DNA of 60,382 nucleotides, counting the filler, from Globobulimina sp. (Eukaryota): the NCBI GenBank assembly GCA_003354225.1. It is 3 parts of 3 records of this genome, joined end to end, with 100 filler letters (N's around TTAATTAATTAA, not from the genome) between each part and the next. Parts side by side here need not be neighbours in the genome. Positions count along the whole stretch, not along the records: positions 1 to 23,686 come from PIVH01000001.1; 2 more parts are not named here. One strand, given 5' to 3'. A program made the position numbers and the translations under genes. Positions within the stretch are counted from its first letter, which is position 1. Each line of letters begins with the position of its first letter. This document shows positions 10,365-20,733 of this stretch, in pieces. The notes under the pieces are model-generated. The model ran no database searches and was not told where the DNA came from. It saw only the letters and a program-made list of their open reading frames with translations.

Positions 10365-10817
10365 ATGATGCCGTTAGACGATTTTAATATGATGGGATTA
10401 TCTGGATTTATTGGTATGCTTAATATTATAAAAAGTCATAAATTACCAGTAAAAAAATTAAAACAAGAATGTAGATATTTTAACATTAAGGGATTTAGTA
10501 AATTGAAAAAAGCAGAATTAAAAGAATTATTAATAAAAACATTTGAATCAAAAATTAACAGAATAATAGCACGGAGATTGAAAGATGTTGGAACTTCAAT
10601 AAGAGTTTTAGGTCTTATGAGTTATACAGAAGAAAATAGCACAAATATAATACCAAGTATGATGAAACCAAGAAAAGATTTTAATTACACAAAACGACAA
10701 TTACGCAAACAATCAAGTATGGTAAGAATTAATTATAAACTTGATTTAGTTGAAAAAGAAACAATTAATCAATTAGATAAAGACACTACAAATATGTTAT
10801 TATCTTTTATTGATTAA
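10365..10817 (+). CDS. Protein with Rho-N/SAP-like helix-extension-helix motif
   Basis: LPVKKLKQECRYFNIKGFSKLKKAELKELL. Confidence 0.65.
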   Translation: MMPLDDFNMMGLSGFIGMLNIIKSHKLPVKKLKQECRYFNIKGFSKLKKAELKELLIKTFESKINRIIARRLKDVGTSIRVLGLMSYTEENSTNIIPSMMKPRKDFNYTKRQLRKQSSMVRINYKLDLVEKETINQLDKDTTNMLLSFID

Positions 10818-10917
10818 TTTTTAAAAAACAATATTATAAAATGGACTTATTTTAATATAAAAAAAAATATTTATTTATATTAAAATTGATTTGTATATTA
10901 TTTATATAATAACATAA

Positions 10918-11985
10918 ATGACTACTCAAACAGTTAAACCAATAAAAGCATTCTTCGGCAGAACTGGTGGAAAACATTTTAGTAAAAAATCAATATTACC
11001 ATTTATAGAACATTTAGAATATGACACTTATGTTGAACCATTTGTAGGTGCTGGTTCTATATTATTAGGAAGAAAGAAGAAAGTATCAAGAGAGATTATT
11101 AATGATTACGACCAATTAGTAGTTAATTTATGGAAAGGAATGAAATCAAGTGGAAATGAATTAAATGATTACTCATTATACTTTCAAGATAAATCTGTAT
11201 TTAAATGGTGGTTATTAAAAGAGAAACAATATAGAAGATTAAGACATTTAAAAGGAGAATATAAAGGAGGTCAAAAATATATTGATGAGATATATAATAA
11301 TACTGATTTTGGTATTGAGATTTTAAAAGAAGATATTTTTATTACCACGCATAGTAGAATGGCTAATAATAATAAACCAGACGGGAAATTAAAAGATAAT
11401 CATTATAGGTGTTGTCATTTTAGAGAGAAAACAAAAGAACTTAAAACAGAAACAATTGAAGAAGAAAAAGAAGATAAAGAAGTTTGTTGTTCTATTGAAA
11501 AAACAGAAGAAGGATTGAAATTAATAAAACGAAAATATTATGTTAGAAATAAGAAACATAGTGGAGATGAAACTAAATGGAGATTACATAACCCTAATTT
11601 ATGTGGATGGAATACTGTTTTAAAACAATGTAATAGATATTACGAAAGATTAAGAGACATTGAAATAAATCAAGGAGATTATAAAGAAATGCTACAATAT
11701 GATACTCCTAAAACATTATTTTATTTTGACCCACCTTGGACGAAAACTGCTACTGGTAAAAAGGGTAATAGTTGTTATAGTGGATGGGTTGAATTAGAAG
11801 ATTTTTATAATTCTATAAAAGATTTAAAAGGAAAATGGATGTGTTCTTATAATAACGATGAAGATATATTAAAAAGATTTGAAGGTCATAGAATAGAATA
11901 TATAAATACTATTTATACACAGAAAAAAACGGGTTCAAAGAAAACTGTTGATGTATTAATATTCAGTAAGAACTTTTTTGATTAA
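10918..11985 (+). CDS. D12-class (Dam-like) N6-adenine DNA methyltransferase
   Basis: GGK, YVEPFVGAGS, IINDYD, catalytic FYFDPPW, W..SYN. Confidence 0.9.
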   Translation: MTTQTVKPIKAFFGRTGGKHFSKKSILPFIEHLEYDTYVEPFVGAGSILLGRKKKVSREIINDYDQLVVNLWKGMKSSGNELNDYSLYFQDKSVFKWWLLKEKQYRRLRHLKGEYKGGQKYIDEIYNNTDFGIEILKEDIFITTHSRMANNNKPDGKLKDNHYRCCHFREKTKELKTETIEEEKEDKEVCCSIEKTEEGLKLIKRKYYVRNKKHSGDETKWRLHNPNLCGWNTVLKQCNRYYERLRDIEINQGDYKEMLQYDTPKTLFYFDPPWTKTATGKKGNSCYSGWVELEDFYNSIKDLKGKWMCSYNNDEDILKRFEGHRIEYINTIYTQKKTGSKKTVDVLIFSKNFFD

Positions 11986-12133
11986 AAAAAAGATTTATTT
12001 ATTATTAAAATAGATTTAAACATATTGATGACTGGAATTAATTTTTAAAAAATATATTTGAATAATGGACTTATTTTATATTTAGATTTGGTTTTTTATT
12101 TAAATATAATATAATACATATATTATATAAAAA

Positions 12134-12448
12134 ATGGTTTCAAAGAAAACAAAAACAGTAGCAAAGGCAACATTAATTTCATCAGCAGTAGGCGCTGGTG
12201 CTTATTTTGTATATAAACATTACAATTTAAGAATGAGAGTAAAGGCAGCAGCAGATACAGTCAAAGATTTTGAACCTAAAAATCTATTAAAGTCAAAAAG
12301 ATTTCATAACGCAGATAAATCTATTTCTTTCAAAAAATATACAAAAAAAAATACTTCTATCGCATATAAATATCAAAAAATCAAAACCTCTGCGAAAGAT
12401 GAAAATAAATCAATTGATTTATCATTTAGACAAAACAAATATTTTTAA
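12134..12448 (+). CDS. Small protein with N-terminal TM helix
   Basis: ATLISSAVGAGAYFVY. Confidence 0.75.
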   Translation: MVSKKTKTVAKATLISSAVGAGAYFVYKHYNLRMRVKAAADTVKDFEPKNLLKSKRFHNADKSISFKKYTKKNTSIAYKYQKIKTSAKDENKSIDLSFRQNKYF

Positions 12449-12511
12449 ACGATTAAGATATTAAAACAAAATAAAAATATTAATTTATAATATAACATAT
12501 AATAAATTAAA

Positions 12512-12844
12512 ATGGATACAGTTATTAAACAAACAATCGCAATGAAAGATGATTTGAAAGATAGTTTTAATAAACCTAAAAATACTAATGATAGAGAATT
12601 ACCCAGTTGGTTTAAGTATTCTGTTTATGGAATTGCTACCGTATTTCTTGGTTCTTTATATCACGGACTTAATATGAAAGAAGAACTTTTCAATTCTACT
12701 ATTGAAGTTGTAAAAGATGCGAATGAAGTTGTAGGAGTTAATAAAGCATATGAAGGAGCAAGTGATACTTTAATTGGTTTATTCAATTTTCCAGTTGAAA
12801 AATCAAATGAAGGTTCAAAAACCTTTAATGGAAAACAATTTTAA
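12512..12844 (+). CDS. Small protein with one TM helix
   Basis: WFKYSVYGIATVFLGSLY. Confidence 0.75.
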   Translation: MDTVIKQTIAMKDDLKDSFNKPKNTNDRELPSWFKYSVYGIATVFLGSLYHGLNMKEELFNSTIEVVKDANEVVGVNKAYEGASDTLIGLFNFPVEKSNEGSKTFNGKQF

Positions 12845-12890
12845 AATAGAAATAAAAAACTATGTATATTATATAAAACAAAAAAGTATA

Positions 12891-13265
12891 ATGGGTTTTT
12901 TCAAGAATATTGGAAAGTCAGTAAATAAGAAAATAATTAAACCAGTAGGTAAGGAATTGAAAAAAGCAGACCCTATTGGAAAAGTAAAGGATGTTGCGGA
13001 AGATGCTCTTCAATTTTTTGAAAAAATTGGTTCAAAATTATCCGTTATTGGAAAGGATATTGGTTCAATTTTTGAATTACAATTCAAATTATTAGAGAAT
13101 ATAATAAAATTAGTGCCTACAATAATTTCAATTTTAAAGAACTCACTTGTATTATTTTCTACTACTTGTGAGGTATTAGAATTATTGATTATTATTGGTC
13201 CAGTTTTAATAACATATTATTATATATCAAGAATGATTACCAATTTTGAGAAAAATGATTTATAA
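12891..13265 (+). CDS. Amphipathic protein with hydrophobic C-terminus
   Basis: ATG 12891 (MGFFKNIGK) follows an AT-rich leader; C-terminal LLIIIGPVLITYYYI. Confidence 0.7.
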   Translation: MGFFKNIGKSVNKKIIKPVGKELKKADPIGKVKDVAEDALQFFEKIGSKLSVIGKDIGSIFELQFKLLENIIKLVPTIISILKNSLVLFSTTCEVLELLIIIGPVLITYYYISRMITNFEKNDL

Positions 13266-13335
13266 TGAATATTCAAAGGAGTAAATATAATAAATATAAA
13301 ATATTATAATATTATATAAAACATAAAATATTATA

Positions 13336-13821
13336 ATGCTTTCATTTAAAAAAGATATTATGAAAATGAAACAATCTGCTAAACAAATAAGTAAAAAAGT
13401 TGAAAAAACTGTTGAAGAGAATACTAAAAAAACAATTGAAACTGTTAAAAAAACTGTTAAAAAAACTGTTGAAAAAATTAATTATAGTGATATACATAAA
13501 GATTGTAGTTATTTTGATTACAATACATATATACACAAATTAACATTATTAAAAAATACATTTTTATCCAAAATTAATGGAAAGATTAATGAAATCAAAA
13601 CTGATGAAGAAATTAAAGATATTAAAAAGAAAGAAGCAGTCAAAGGTTTAAAATCAATTGTTAAATATATTGATGACCTATTTGATGTATTATTAAAGGT
13701 TGTTAAAGTTTTAGCGAATAGTGTTGAACGAATAACATTATTCTTACCATCATTCTTAAAAATCATTCCTTTATTTTTTATAATTTATACTGGAATGGCT
13801 GTATTTAATAGTTTAAATTAA
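13336..13821 (+). CDS. Amphipathic protein with C-terminal TM helix
   Basis: KKTV repeats; IIPLFFIIYTGMAVF. Confidence 0.75.
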   Translation: MLSFKKDIMKMKQSAKQISKKVEKTVEENTKKTIETVKKTVKKTVEKINYSDIHKDCSYFDYNTYIHKLTLLKNTFLSKINGKINEIKTDEEIKDIKKKEAVKGLKSIVKYIDDLFDVLLKVVKVLANSVERITLFLPSFLKIIPLFFIIYTGMAVFNSLN

Positions 13822-13985
13822 GTATTATATAAAAAAACAAAAACATATAGGAAAAAACACTTTTTTTTTATGTTTTTATACAAAAAATCACCTTGAAGAA
13901 TGAAATCGTATTTTTTTGTATTTAATTTTCGTTTTTAACTTAAATAAATAAAGTTATAGTATAATATACAAAACTATAATACAAA

Positions 13986-15179
13986 ATGTCTAAACAAAAA
14001 CCAACATATATGAAAGATGAAGAAATCCACGACTTATCAAACACAAAAACATCAATCGTAATATTAGAACCAGTTGGAGCATTAGATTATGTAAAAACCA
14101 ATACTGGTGCTAATTTTATTGAGTTTCAAATGCCTAAATCTGGTATTTTTGATATGAGAGTAGCATATGTAAAAGGATTAACTCAATCTAACGGAATAAT
14201 GAGTAAAGATATTCAAGCATCAGTTTCTTCTTTTGAAGTAAGAGTTGGTGGTAAAGCAATATTTAAAAGTAGTGAAATGAACGCCGACAACATCATTAAT
14301 CCATTAATCAATAAATTAACTTTAACCGATTTTCAAGTAGCAGATGGAGATTATCAATTATACAATCAAACTTGTATTGCCGATACTGATTATCCATTTC
14401 AATTAAAATTATCAAATGAAAATAAACATTTTGGACTATGTCCCATTTTAAACAAAACAATTGACTTTTCTTTAATTAAAGATAAAGTTGTATTAAGAAT
14501 TATTTTTGATAAAACAGTTTCTAATCATTGCCATACATTAGCAACTACCCGACAATGGACCGATATGAGATTAATGTTAGAGAAAATTGATGCTGATATT
14601 GATTTATCCAGTGAAGTTGTATTCAAATCAGTTGGTTATTCAATCATTCAACAAACTCAATTAGCAAGTTCTAATAAATGTAAAATTGATATGAGCGGAT
14701 TAGACCACGATAACGTAATTGGTGTAATTCCAATGATGATTTCAAGTGATAATTTTAATTCAAGTGATTTAGCAGAAAAATATCTAAATAACTTTGATTA
14801 TACTGGATTAAAAAACTTACAAGTCTATAATGACTATAATCCAATCCTATCCCACGAACCATTAGAGATGGAAGATTATTTCCAAACACAAAACCTAATG
14901 GCTGAAAAGTTTTTAGGAACAAGATTTAAGAAAAATCAAGCGAAAATTGGAACATATCATTCTACTTATGCTAAAACAGCAACAGACAGCAAAAGATGTC
15001 TATTAATTCCTTTATCCGCAAATGTAAAATCTTTATCTGGATTAAATCTATCCAAAAGTGATACAAGTTCAGTAGAGTTCGGTATTGCTAATACAGTTGA
15101 TATGACTGTATGGAGTGTTGTATTATATACAAAAATATTTGCCCTTGAAAATGGTAAGTTCGTAGCAGTATTAAATTAA
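13986..15179 (+). CDS. Major capsid protein, double jelly-roll (Polinton/PLV-type)
   Basis: 397 aa, beta-rich; N-terminal P..FIEFQMPKSGIFD pattern resembles Polinton/PLV MCPs; same contig as the ATPase and penton. Confidence 0.75.
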   Translation: MSKQKPTYMKDEEIHDLSNTKTSIVILEPVGALDYVKTNTGANFIEFQMPKSGIFDMRVAYVKGLTQSNGIMSKDIQASVSSFEVRVGGKAIFKSSEMNADNIINPLINKLTLTDFQVADGDYQLYNQTCIADTDYPFQLKLSNENKHFGLCPILNKTIDFSLIKDKVVLRIIFDKTVSNHCHTLATTRQWTDMRLMLEKIDADIDLSSEVVFKSVGYSIIQQTQLASSNKCKIDMSGLDHDNVIGVIPMMISSDNFNSSDLAEKYLNNFDYTGLKNLQVYNDYNPILSHEPLEMEDYFQTQNLMAEKFLGTRFKKNQAKIGTYHSTYAKTATDSKRCLLIPLSANVKSLSGLNLSKSDTSSVEFGIANTVDMTVWSVVLYTKIFALENGKFVAVLN

Positions 15180-15260
15180 ATAATTTTTAAGATATATTAG
15201 TATTCACCACCCATCATTGTTGTATTTGATTTTAATACTAATCTTTTCTTTTAAAATGCT

Positions 15261-15377
15261 TTCTATAATTTAAGCAGTCTACCCCGCCTATAATCTCTAT
15301 GGTGGAAACGGTAGCAAATGTATATTTTATATATACCTATGGAACTATATCCGTAGTCTGTTAATAAAATTATAGAA
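15261..15377 (+). ncRNA. Putative four-way-junction structured RNA between MCP and fibre genes
   Basis: Closing stem TTCTATAATTT/AAATTATAGAA plus three hairpins; non-Watson-Crick stem pairs are G-U on the + strand. Confidence 0.45.
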
Positions 15378-15459
15378 TTATAAGAGTTTTCTTTTACATT
15401 ATTCAAAAAACAAAATAAAATAAAAATAAAAAATCATTTTGTATTATATATAATATAAA

Positions 15460-17040
15460 ATGTTTAACAATAACGGATTTAATATAGATGGAAATAATTT
15501 TTTTAATACTGTAAATACAAATCAATTAATTACTGATAAAATAGAGGTTGATAGTGCTGTAATCCAAGGTGGATTAATAGTTGATGGAGGAACATTAACT
15601 ATTGATGAAACTTTAAATGCTGTTGGTATAAATTGTTTAACTCCAACATTAGATTTAACTATTCAAAACTCTTCCACTGGTTTTGAGGTAGGGAATAGTG
15701 GTAATATGTATATTGTAAGAGAAAATGAAACAATGATTACTTTGGGAACTGATACTACTATTCATACTAATACTATAATTGATGGTAATATTACAACAGA
15801 TACTTTAAATGTCTCTGGAACTGCTAATATTACTGGTAATTTAATAATTCAAGACCAGTTATATTTTAAAGACAGTAATACGAGAATTAAAGAATGGAAC
15901 GGTGATATGGTATTTTTAACCAATAATACTGAAAGAATGAAAATTGATGAACCTGCTGGTGATATTAACATTACAAATAGTTTAGATGTAGGAAGTAATA
16001 TAACAAGTCAAACTTTAACAACAACCAGTATAGCAACTTTTAATGATGATGTAATAATTATAGGTGATTTAAATGTTAATGGAACAACAACAACAATTGA
16101 TACACAAAATCTAACCATAGAAGACAGTATGATTAAACAATCAAAAAACAATTATTTAAGTGATTTAATTGATATTGGAGAATATGGAGTTTATAATAAT
16201 GGAACAACTGCTTATACTGGAATGTTTAGAGATGCTGATGATGGAGTTTATAAGATTTTCAATAGTTTAGAAGTTGAACCAACAACAACAGTTGATATTG
16301 GAGCAACTGGTTTTACTTATGCTGATTTAATGATAAATGATTTAACAGCAATTAATTTGAACGCAGATTATATTCAAATTACAGATGATAGTTTATATCA
16401 TTCACAATTAGGCGTAAAGGAACTCAAACTCTTTAACCCATCTCGGGGACACTTCTCAATTTTGAATACTGATGGTGAAGCAAGTAATGCGGCAGAGTTT
16501 GTAATCGCAACCACGAATACTGGGCCGGGATTAGGTTTAACACCAACTCCTTTATTTACATTAACAGAAGGAGGTAATTTAGACATTAAAGGTGATATTA
16601 CAGCAACTAATATCCCTACTACTGGTGGTGTTTTAAATATGATTATGGCTGATACATCAAGTGGTTTAGTAGCAATTGATACTACTTGTAGCACAACAAG
16701 TGAAACTGCTATGTATTATTACGCATATAGTCCAATATCATCAACGGGGAAAATATTAGTAGAAACTAATTTCCCTTATATCGTAAATGGGGATGGTAGT
16801 GATAGTTTTGAAGCAAGATTAAAGTTTTCTTACAATAATGCTCCAACCACTTTCTATACTTTACAAATGAAAATGTATGGCTCATCAACCAGAAAAAACA
16901 ATATAGATATATTATGGGGGAATATTGATAAAACGGGAGAAGACATTTTAATTAAGTTTTATGTTAATAGATTATCTAGTAATGATACTTACACAAGCAC
17001 AACAGCAGAAGCAATGATAAAAATTACAGAAACAAATTAA
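15460..17040 (+). CDS. Fibre/spike-like virion protein
   Basis: Repeated I.GN(I/L) beta motifs; GDLNVNGTTTTIDTQNLTIED and YTGMFRDADDG resemble phage and giant-virus fibre proteins. Confidence 0.7.
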   Translation: MFNNNGFNIDGNNFFNTVNTNQLITDKIEVDSAVIQGGLIVDGGTLTIDETLNAVGINCLTPTLDLTIQNSSTGFEVGNSGNMYIVRENETMITLGTDTTIHTNTIIDGNITTDTLNVSGTANITGNLIIQDQLYFKDSNTRIKEWNGDMVFLTNNTERMKIDEPAGDINITNSLDVGSNITSQTLTTTSIATFNDDVIIIGDLNVNGTTTTIDTQNLTIEDSMIKQSKNNYLSDLIDIGEYGVYNNGTTAYTGMFRDADDGVYKIFNSLEVEPTTTVDIGATGFTYADLMINDLTAINLNADYIQITDDSLYHSQLGVKELKLFNPSRGHFSILNTDGEASNAAEFVIATTNTGPGLGLTPTPLFTLTEGGNLDIKGDITATNIPTTGGVLNMIMADTSSGLVAIDTTCSTTSETAMYYYAYSPISSTGKILVETNFPYIVNGDGSDSFEARLKFSYNNAPTTFYTLQMKMYGSSTRKNNIDILWGNIDKTGEDILIKFYVNRLSSNDTYTSTTAEAMIKITETN

Positions 17041-17135
17041 ATAATTCTTTTTGATTATATCAAGGTAATTTTAATATACTTTTATGTTTTAATTTAAATA
17101 TAATAATATATGTTAAAGATATACATCAAAATAAA

Positions 17136-18104
17136 ATGGAAGTAGTATTATTAAGTATCGCTGGAATATCAGCAACATTATTAAAAGTAAGTGTAATGGG
17201 AGTTGGATTAAAAGAATTAGCACCATCCACTTTCTCTGGATTAATTTTATTAACGAAGTTTTGGAAAAAATCATACGCAATAACCAAATTATCACAGTGT
17301 CTTTTTTTCAGTATTTTTGTGAGATTACCAAGAAAAAGTGATAAAGACCTCATACAATTTAGAAAACTTGTAAAGAAGATTTGGTCCAGACATTCTGCTT
17401 ATGAAATCTATCGTTATTATAGGTATGTAAAAGCATTAAGTCCATTAATTTTACAAGCCAATTTAAGTCAAGATGAAATCTTTATGGAGAATAAGCACGA
17501 AATCCTATTAAATTGTGATAGGTTCAAAGATTATGTATGTAAAGCCTTATATTGTAATGCTTTATCTAAAATCATTGAAGTTCAATTATGGTGTGCTTCT
17601 GCCCCAATTAAAGATATACAAAAATTAAAATATTCATTTTTATTTAATTTAGCAGAAAAGAAAACAGTATCAGTAGAGCAATGTAGAACTATCTGCGAGC
17701 AATTTGAAGAGAAAGTCAATAAATATCAAGTATCTCAAATGGAAAAATATGCTACTGATTTTGATTGTGAAAAAACTGTTATTGATAATATCTTTGATGA
17801 ATTAGAGAATGACGATGATACATTTAAAGAAGGAGCAATTGGGTCAATTGTTATGATTAGAAAATGTATTATGAGACAAAAACACGCAGTAGGTTATGAT
17901 AATTTTAATTCATTATCATCAACTTTAACTGGAATTAACGAACAAGTTGAAACCAGTAAGAACTTAAAATCTGGTTCAACAGAAGAAGCAAATAGAGTTC
18001 ATCAATTATTCCATCAAGATAGACAAAATAGTATTTTAAGTGATACTCCAAGTGTATCAACAACATCAACAACATCAACAATATCAAGAACAGAAAGAAA
18101 TTAA
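17136..18104 (+). CDS. Hypothetical protein with hydrophobic N-terminus
   Basis: 322-aa ORF. Confidence 0.8.
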   Translation: MEVVLLSIAGISATLLKVSVMGVGLKELAPSTFSGLILLTKFWKKSYAITKLSQCLFFSIFVRLPRKSDKDLIQFRKLVKKIWSRHSAYEIYRYYRYVKALSPLILQANLSQDEIFMENKHEILLNCDRFKDYVCKALYCNALSKIIEVQLWCASAPIKDIQKLKYSFLFNLAEKKTVSVEQCRTICEQFEEKVNKYQVSQMEKYATDFDCEKTVIDNIFDELENDDDTFKEGAIGSIVMIRKCIMRQKHAVGYDNFNSLSSTLTGINEQVETSKNLKSGSTEEANRVHQLFHQDRQNSILSDTPSVSTTSTTSTISRTERN

Positions 18105-18295
18105 AAAATAATTATATAATATATAGGAAAAATGAAAATAAAATATATAAGAATATATCAAGGTAAGAAAAAGACAAAATATATAATTCGTAAGAAAATT
18201 AATATATGGAGAAGAAACGGATTTTATAAACCTCAATGTATTTATATATTGAAGAAATAAAAAATATATTTATTAAAATTGATTTATTTTAATAA

Positions 18296-18373
18296 AATAC
18301 TATACAAAATATCATTTAAATATAAATCGTTATAATACTATACAAAAATATCATTTAAATATAAATCGTTATA
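18296..18373. repeat. ~38-bp tandem duplication
   Basis: AATACTATACAAAA(A)TATCATTTAAATATAAATCGTTAT x2. Confidence 0.9.
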
Positions 18374-18406
18374 AGAATTATAATATTATATATTATATAT
18401 TATACT

Positions 18407-18679
18407 ATGAATATTACTCAAATACAACAAATGCTAACACCCGAATTATTATTATCAATATTAAATAAGTTTAGAGTATGTAAAATGTGCGATAAACCAA
18501 AGGACAAAAGCACATTCAAAGGGACAAAATGTGCTGAATGTTATAAAACATATATAACTGGAAAAATGAAGACATACAACGAAAAACAATCAACCAAAGA
18601 TAGATTACATTTAAAATATAAAGCAATTAAGGCAAGTAAAGCAATTAAGGCAAGTAAAGCAACCACCATAAAGGTATAA
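18407..18679 (+). CDS. Small Zn-binding protein
   Basis: CKMC..CAEC. Confidence 0.7.
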   Translation: MNITQIQQMLTPELLLSILNKFRVCKMCDKPKDKSTFKGTKCAECYKTYITGKMKTYNEKQSTKDRLHLKYKAIKASKAIKASKATTIKV

Positions 18680-18779
18680 AAACATTATTAAAATTGATTT
18701 ATTACATTTATTTAAATAAAATCGTTTAAATAAATATATATATATATAATATAAGTATATAGACAACTAACTCTTTAAA

Positions 18780-20138
18780 ATGAATAATCAAAATCAAGAA
18801 GAAGAAGAAACAATTTTAGATATTACCGAAGAATTAACTGACGAGGAACAAACAACACAAATATTAAATGATGACCCTTTAATATGTATTTGTAGAGATT
18901 GTATTCAAAACCACGGACAAGATGGAAAAACATTCACAGCAAAAAGAAATAAATCAAGACATTTAAAAAGAATGGCTAAAATGGTTAAAAAGACAAAAAT
19001 CATTTATAATTGTAAATGTAAAGTCTGCCTTAAAAAATACGGAATTAATGGAAGAACTGATTTTGATAAATACGGATATGAAAGACATTTAAAAGCAATT
19101 GAAAACAAAATCAAAAGAGATAATAAAGTTTATATATGTGGGTGCTGTAATAAAGATTGGGAACATCAAAGCATATTAGATAAACATCAAGGGGGAGATA
19201 AGTATAGAACTTGGTATAATACGATGAATGGTGAAATTAATGGAATTAAGATTTTTACAACCAGTAAAGATAAAACATTTACGAAGGAGATATTAAATAA
19301 AGAAGCAGAAGAAAAAAAAAATATAATTACTGAAAAATATAAAAAAACATTAGGACAAGATAAAAAAACATTAGAACAAGAATTAAAAGAAGAATTAAAA
19401 AAGTTTGAAGAAAACACAATAGGGGAGGATTATGATACAATTACCTTAAAATGTATTGAATGCTCTATATGTAAAGTTTATTGTAATGATTTAAAAAAAC
19501 ATACAGAATTAGAAACTCATAAATGGATATTAAATTATTTATCAAATCAAAATACTCAAAATAATTACAGTTATTCAAAATATACAAATATGATGTTATA
19601 CAATCAATTATATAATAGAAACGCAATTAATAGAATAGCAAGGTCAAGAGACACCAGAGAAGATTTTAAAAAAGCAGAACAGAAATTAACCAGATATTTT
19701 GAAGGAGATAATAACAATAACAATATCAAAGAGAATAAACAAATACACGGTTATAATAAAATGATGATTGTAAAAAGTTTAAACGGACAAAATACATTAA
19801 ATAAACAATATTATAAATCATTTAAACAGTTCAATTGTAAATGCTGTAAAACATCATTTAAATTATATGAAACATTTAAAAGACATAACGAAAAGAATGA
19901 ATATTATCATATAGAACAAGAGAAAGAAAGAAAAGAAGAGAAAAAACAAAAACAACAATATTTAATAGATAGTGGAAATTATAGAGTTTTATCACTTTTC
20001 AATATGGGTTATGGTATTGACGCATTAACATTTGAAAATATGCGACAAAAAACCTCAATAGATATTAGAGCAGAACGAGCAGAACGATATGATGAAATAA
20101 CAGAAAAGAATAAATGGGAAAAAATGATAATAGATTAA
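18780..20138 (+). CDS. Multi-Zn-finger protein
   Basis: Several CxC/CxxC..H motifs (CICRDC..RH, CKCKVC..RH, CGCC..KH, CSIC..KH, CKCC..RH). Confidence 0.8.
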   Translation: MNNQNQEEEETILDITEELTDEEQTTQILNDDPLICICRDCIQNHGQDGKTFTAKRNKSRHLKRMAKMVKKTKIIYNCKCKVCLKKYGINGRTDFDKYGYERHLKAIENKIKRDNKVYICGCCNKDWEHQSILDKHQGGDKYRTWYNTMNGEINGIKIFTTSKDKTFTKEILNKEAEEKKNIITEKYKKTLGQDKKTLEQELKEELKKFEENTIGEDYDTITLKCIECSICKVYCNDLKKHTELETHKWILNYLSNQNTQNNYSYSKYTNMMLYNQLYNRNAINRIARSRDTREDFKKAEQKLTRYFEGDNNNNNIKENKQIHGYNKMMIVKSLNGQNTLNKQYYKSFKQFNCKCCKTSFKLYETFKRHNEKNEYYHIEQEKERKEEKKQKQQYLIDSGNYRVLSLFNMGYGIDALTFENMRQKTSIDIRAERAERYDEITEKNKWEKMIID

Positions 20139-20262
20139 ATTAAAAAGATATTAAAGTTATATAAATTACGAAAAAAACATAGTAAAATTGATTTGTTAAT
20201 ATACTATTAATTAATCAATTATTATAAACCTTTAAAAACTTTAAGACATTTAAAAAGACATT

Positions 20263-20733
20263 ATGAGTAAAACTTTTTGTAGATTTTGTAAAAAAGAGTA
20301 TTCTTTGAATTATTATAATTCCTATCATATTAAGAGTAAAAAACATTTAGGATTAAAAAAAGAAATTGAAGACAAAGAAGAATTGAATAATTTTAGAGTA
20401 GAAAAACAAAAAGAAGAAATAAGTAATAATTTTATGATTGAGTTTATGAATATGAAAAAGAAAATGTTAGAAATGGAGAAAAGAATTAAAGAGTTAGAGA
20501 AAAATGAAGATATTAATGATTTAATTGGAGAAGGTGTAATTACAGAGAGAAGATTTGTAATAGTTAAGAAACAAAAATGTAATGTTTGTAATGAAGAAAA
20601 AGATTTGAATATGTTTGATATTGATAGAAAATGTAGAAATGGAAGAAGAAAGAGATGTAAAGAGTGTAGAAGAGTTAGAAAGAAAGAATTAGATTTGGAA
20701 AAGATATTAGAGAGTTGTTTAAACATAGTTTAA
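20263..20733 (+). CDS. Zn-finger / coiled-coil protein
   Basis: CRFC..HIKSKKH and CNVC..CKEC. Confidence 0.8.
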   Translation: MSKTFCRFCKKEYSLNYYNSYHIKSKKHLGLKKEIEDKEELNNFRVEKQKEEISNNFMIEFMNMKKKMLEMEKRIKELEKNEDINDLIGEGVITERRFVIVKKQKCNVCNEEKDLNMFDIDRKCRNGRRKRCKECRRVRKKELDLEKILESCLNIV

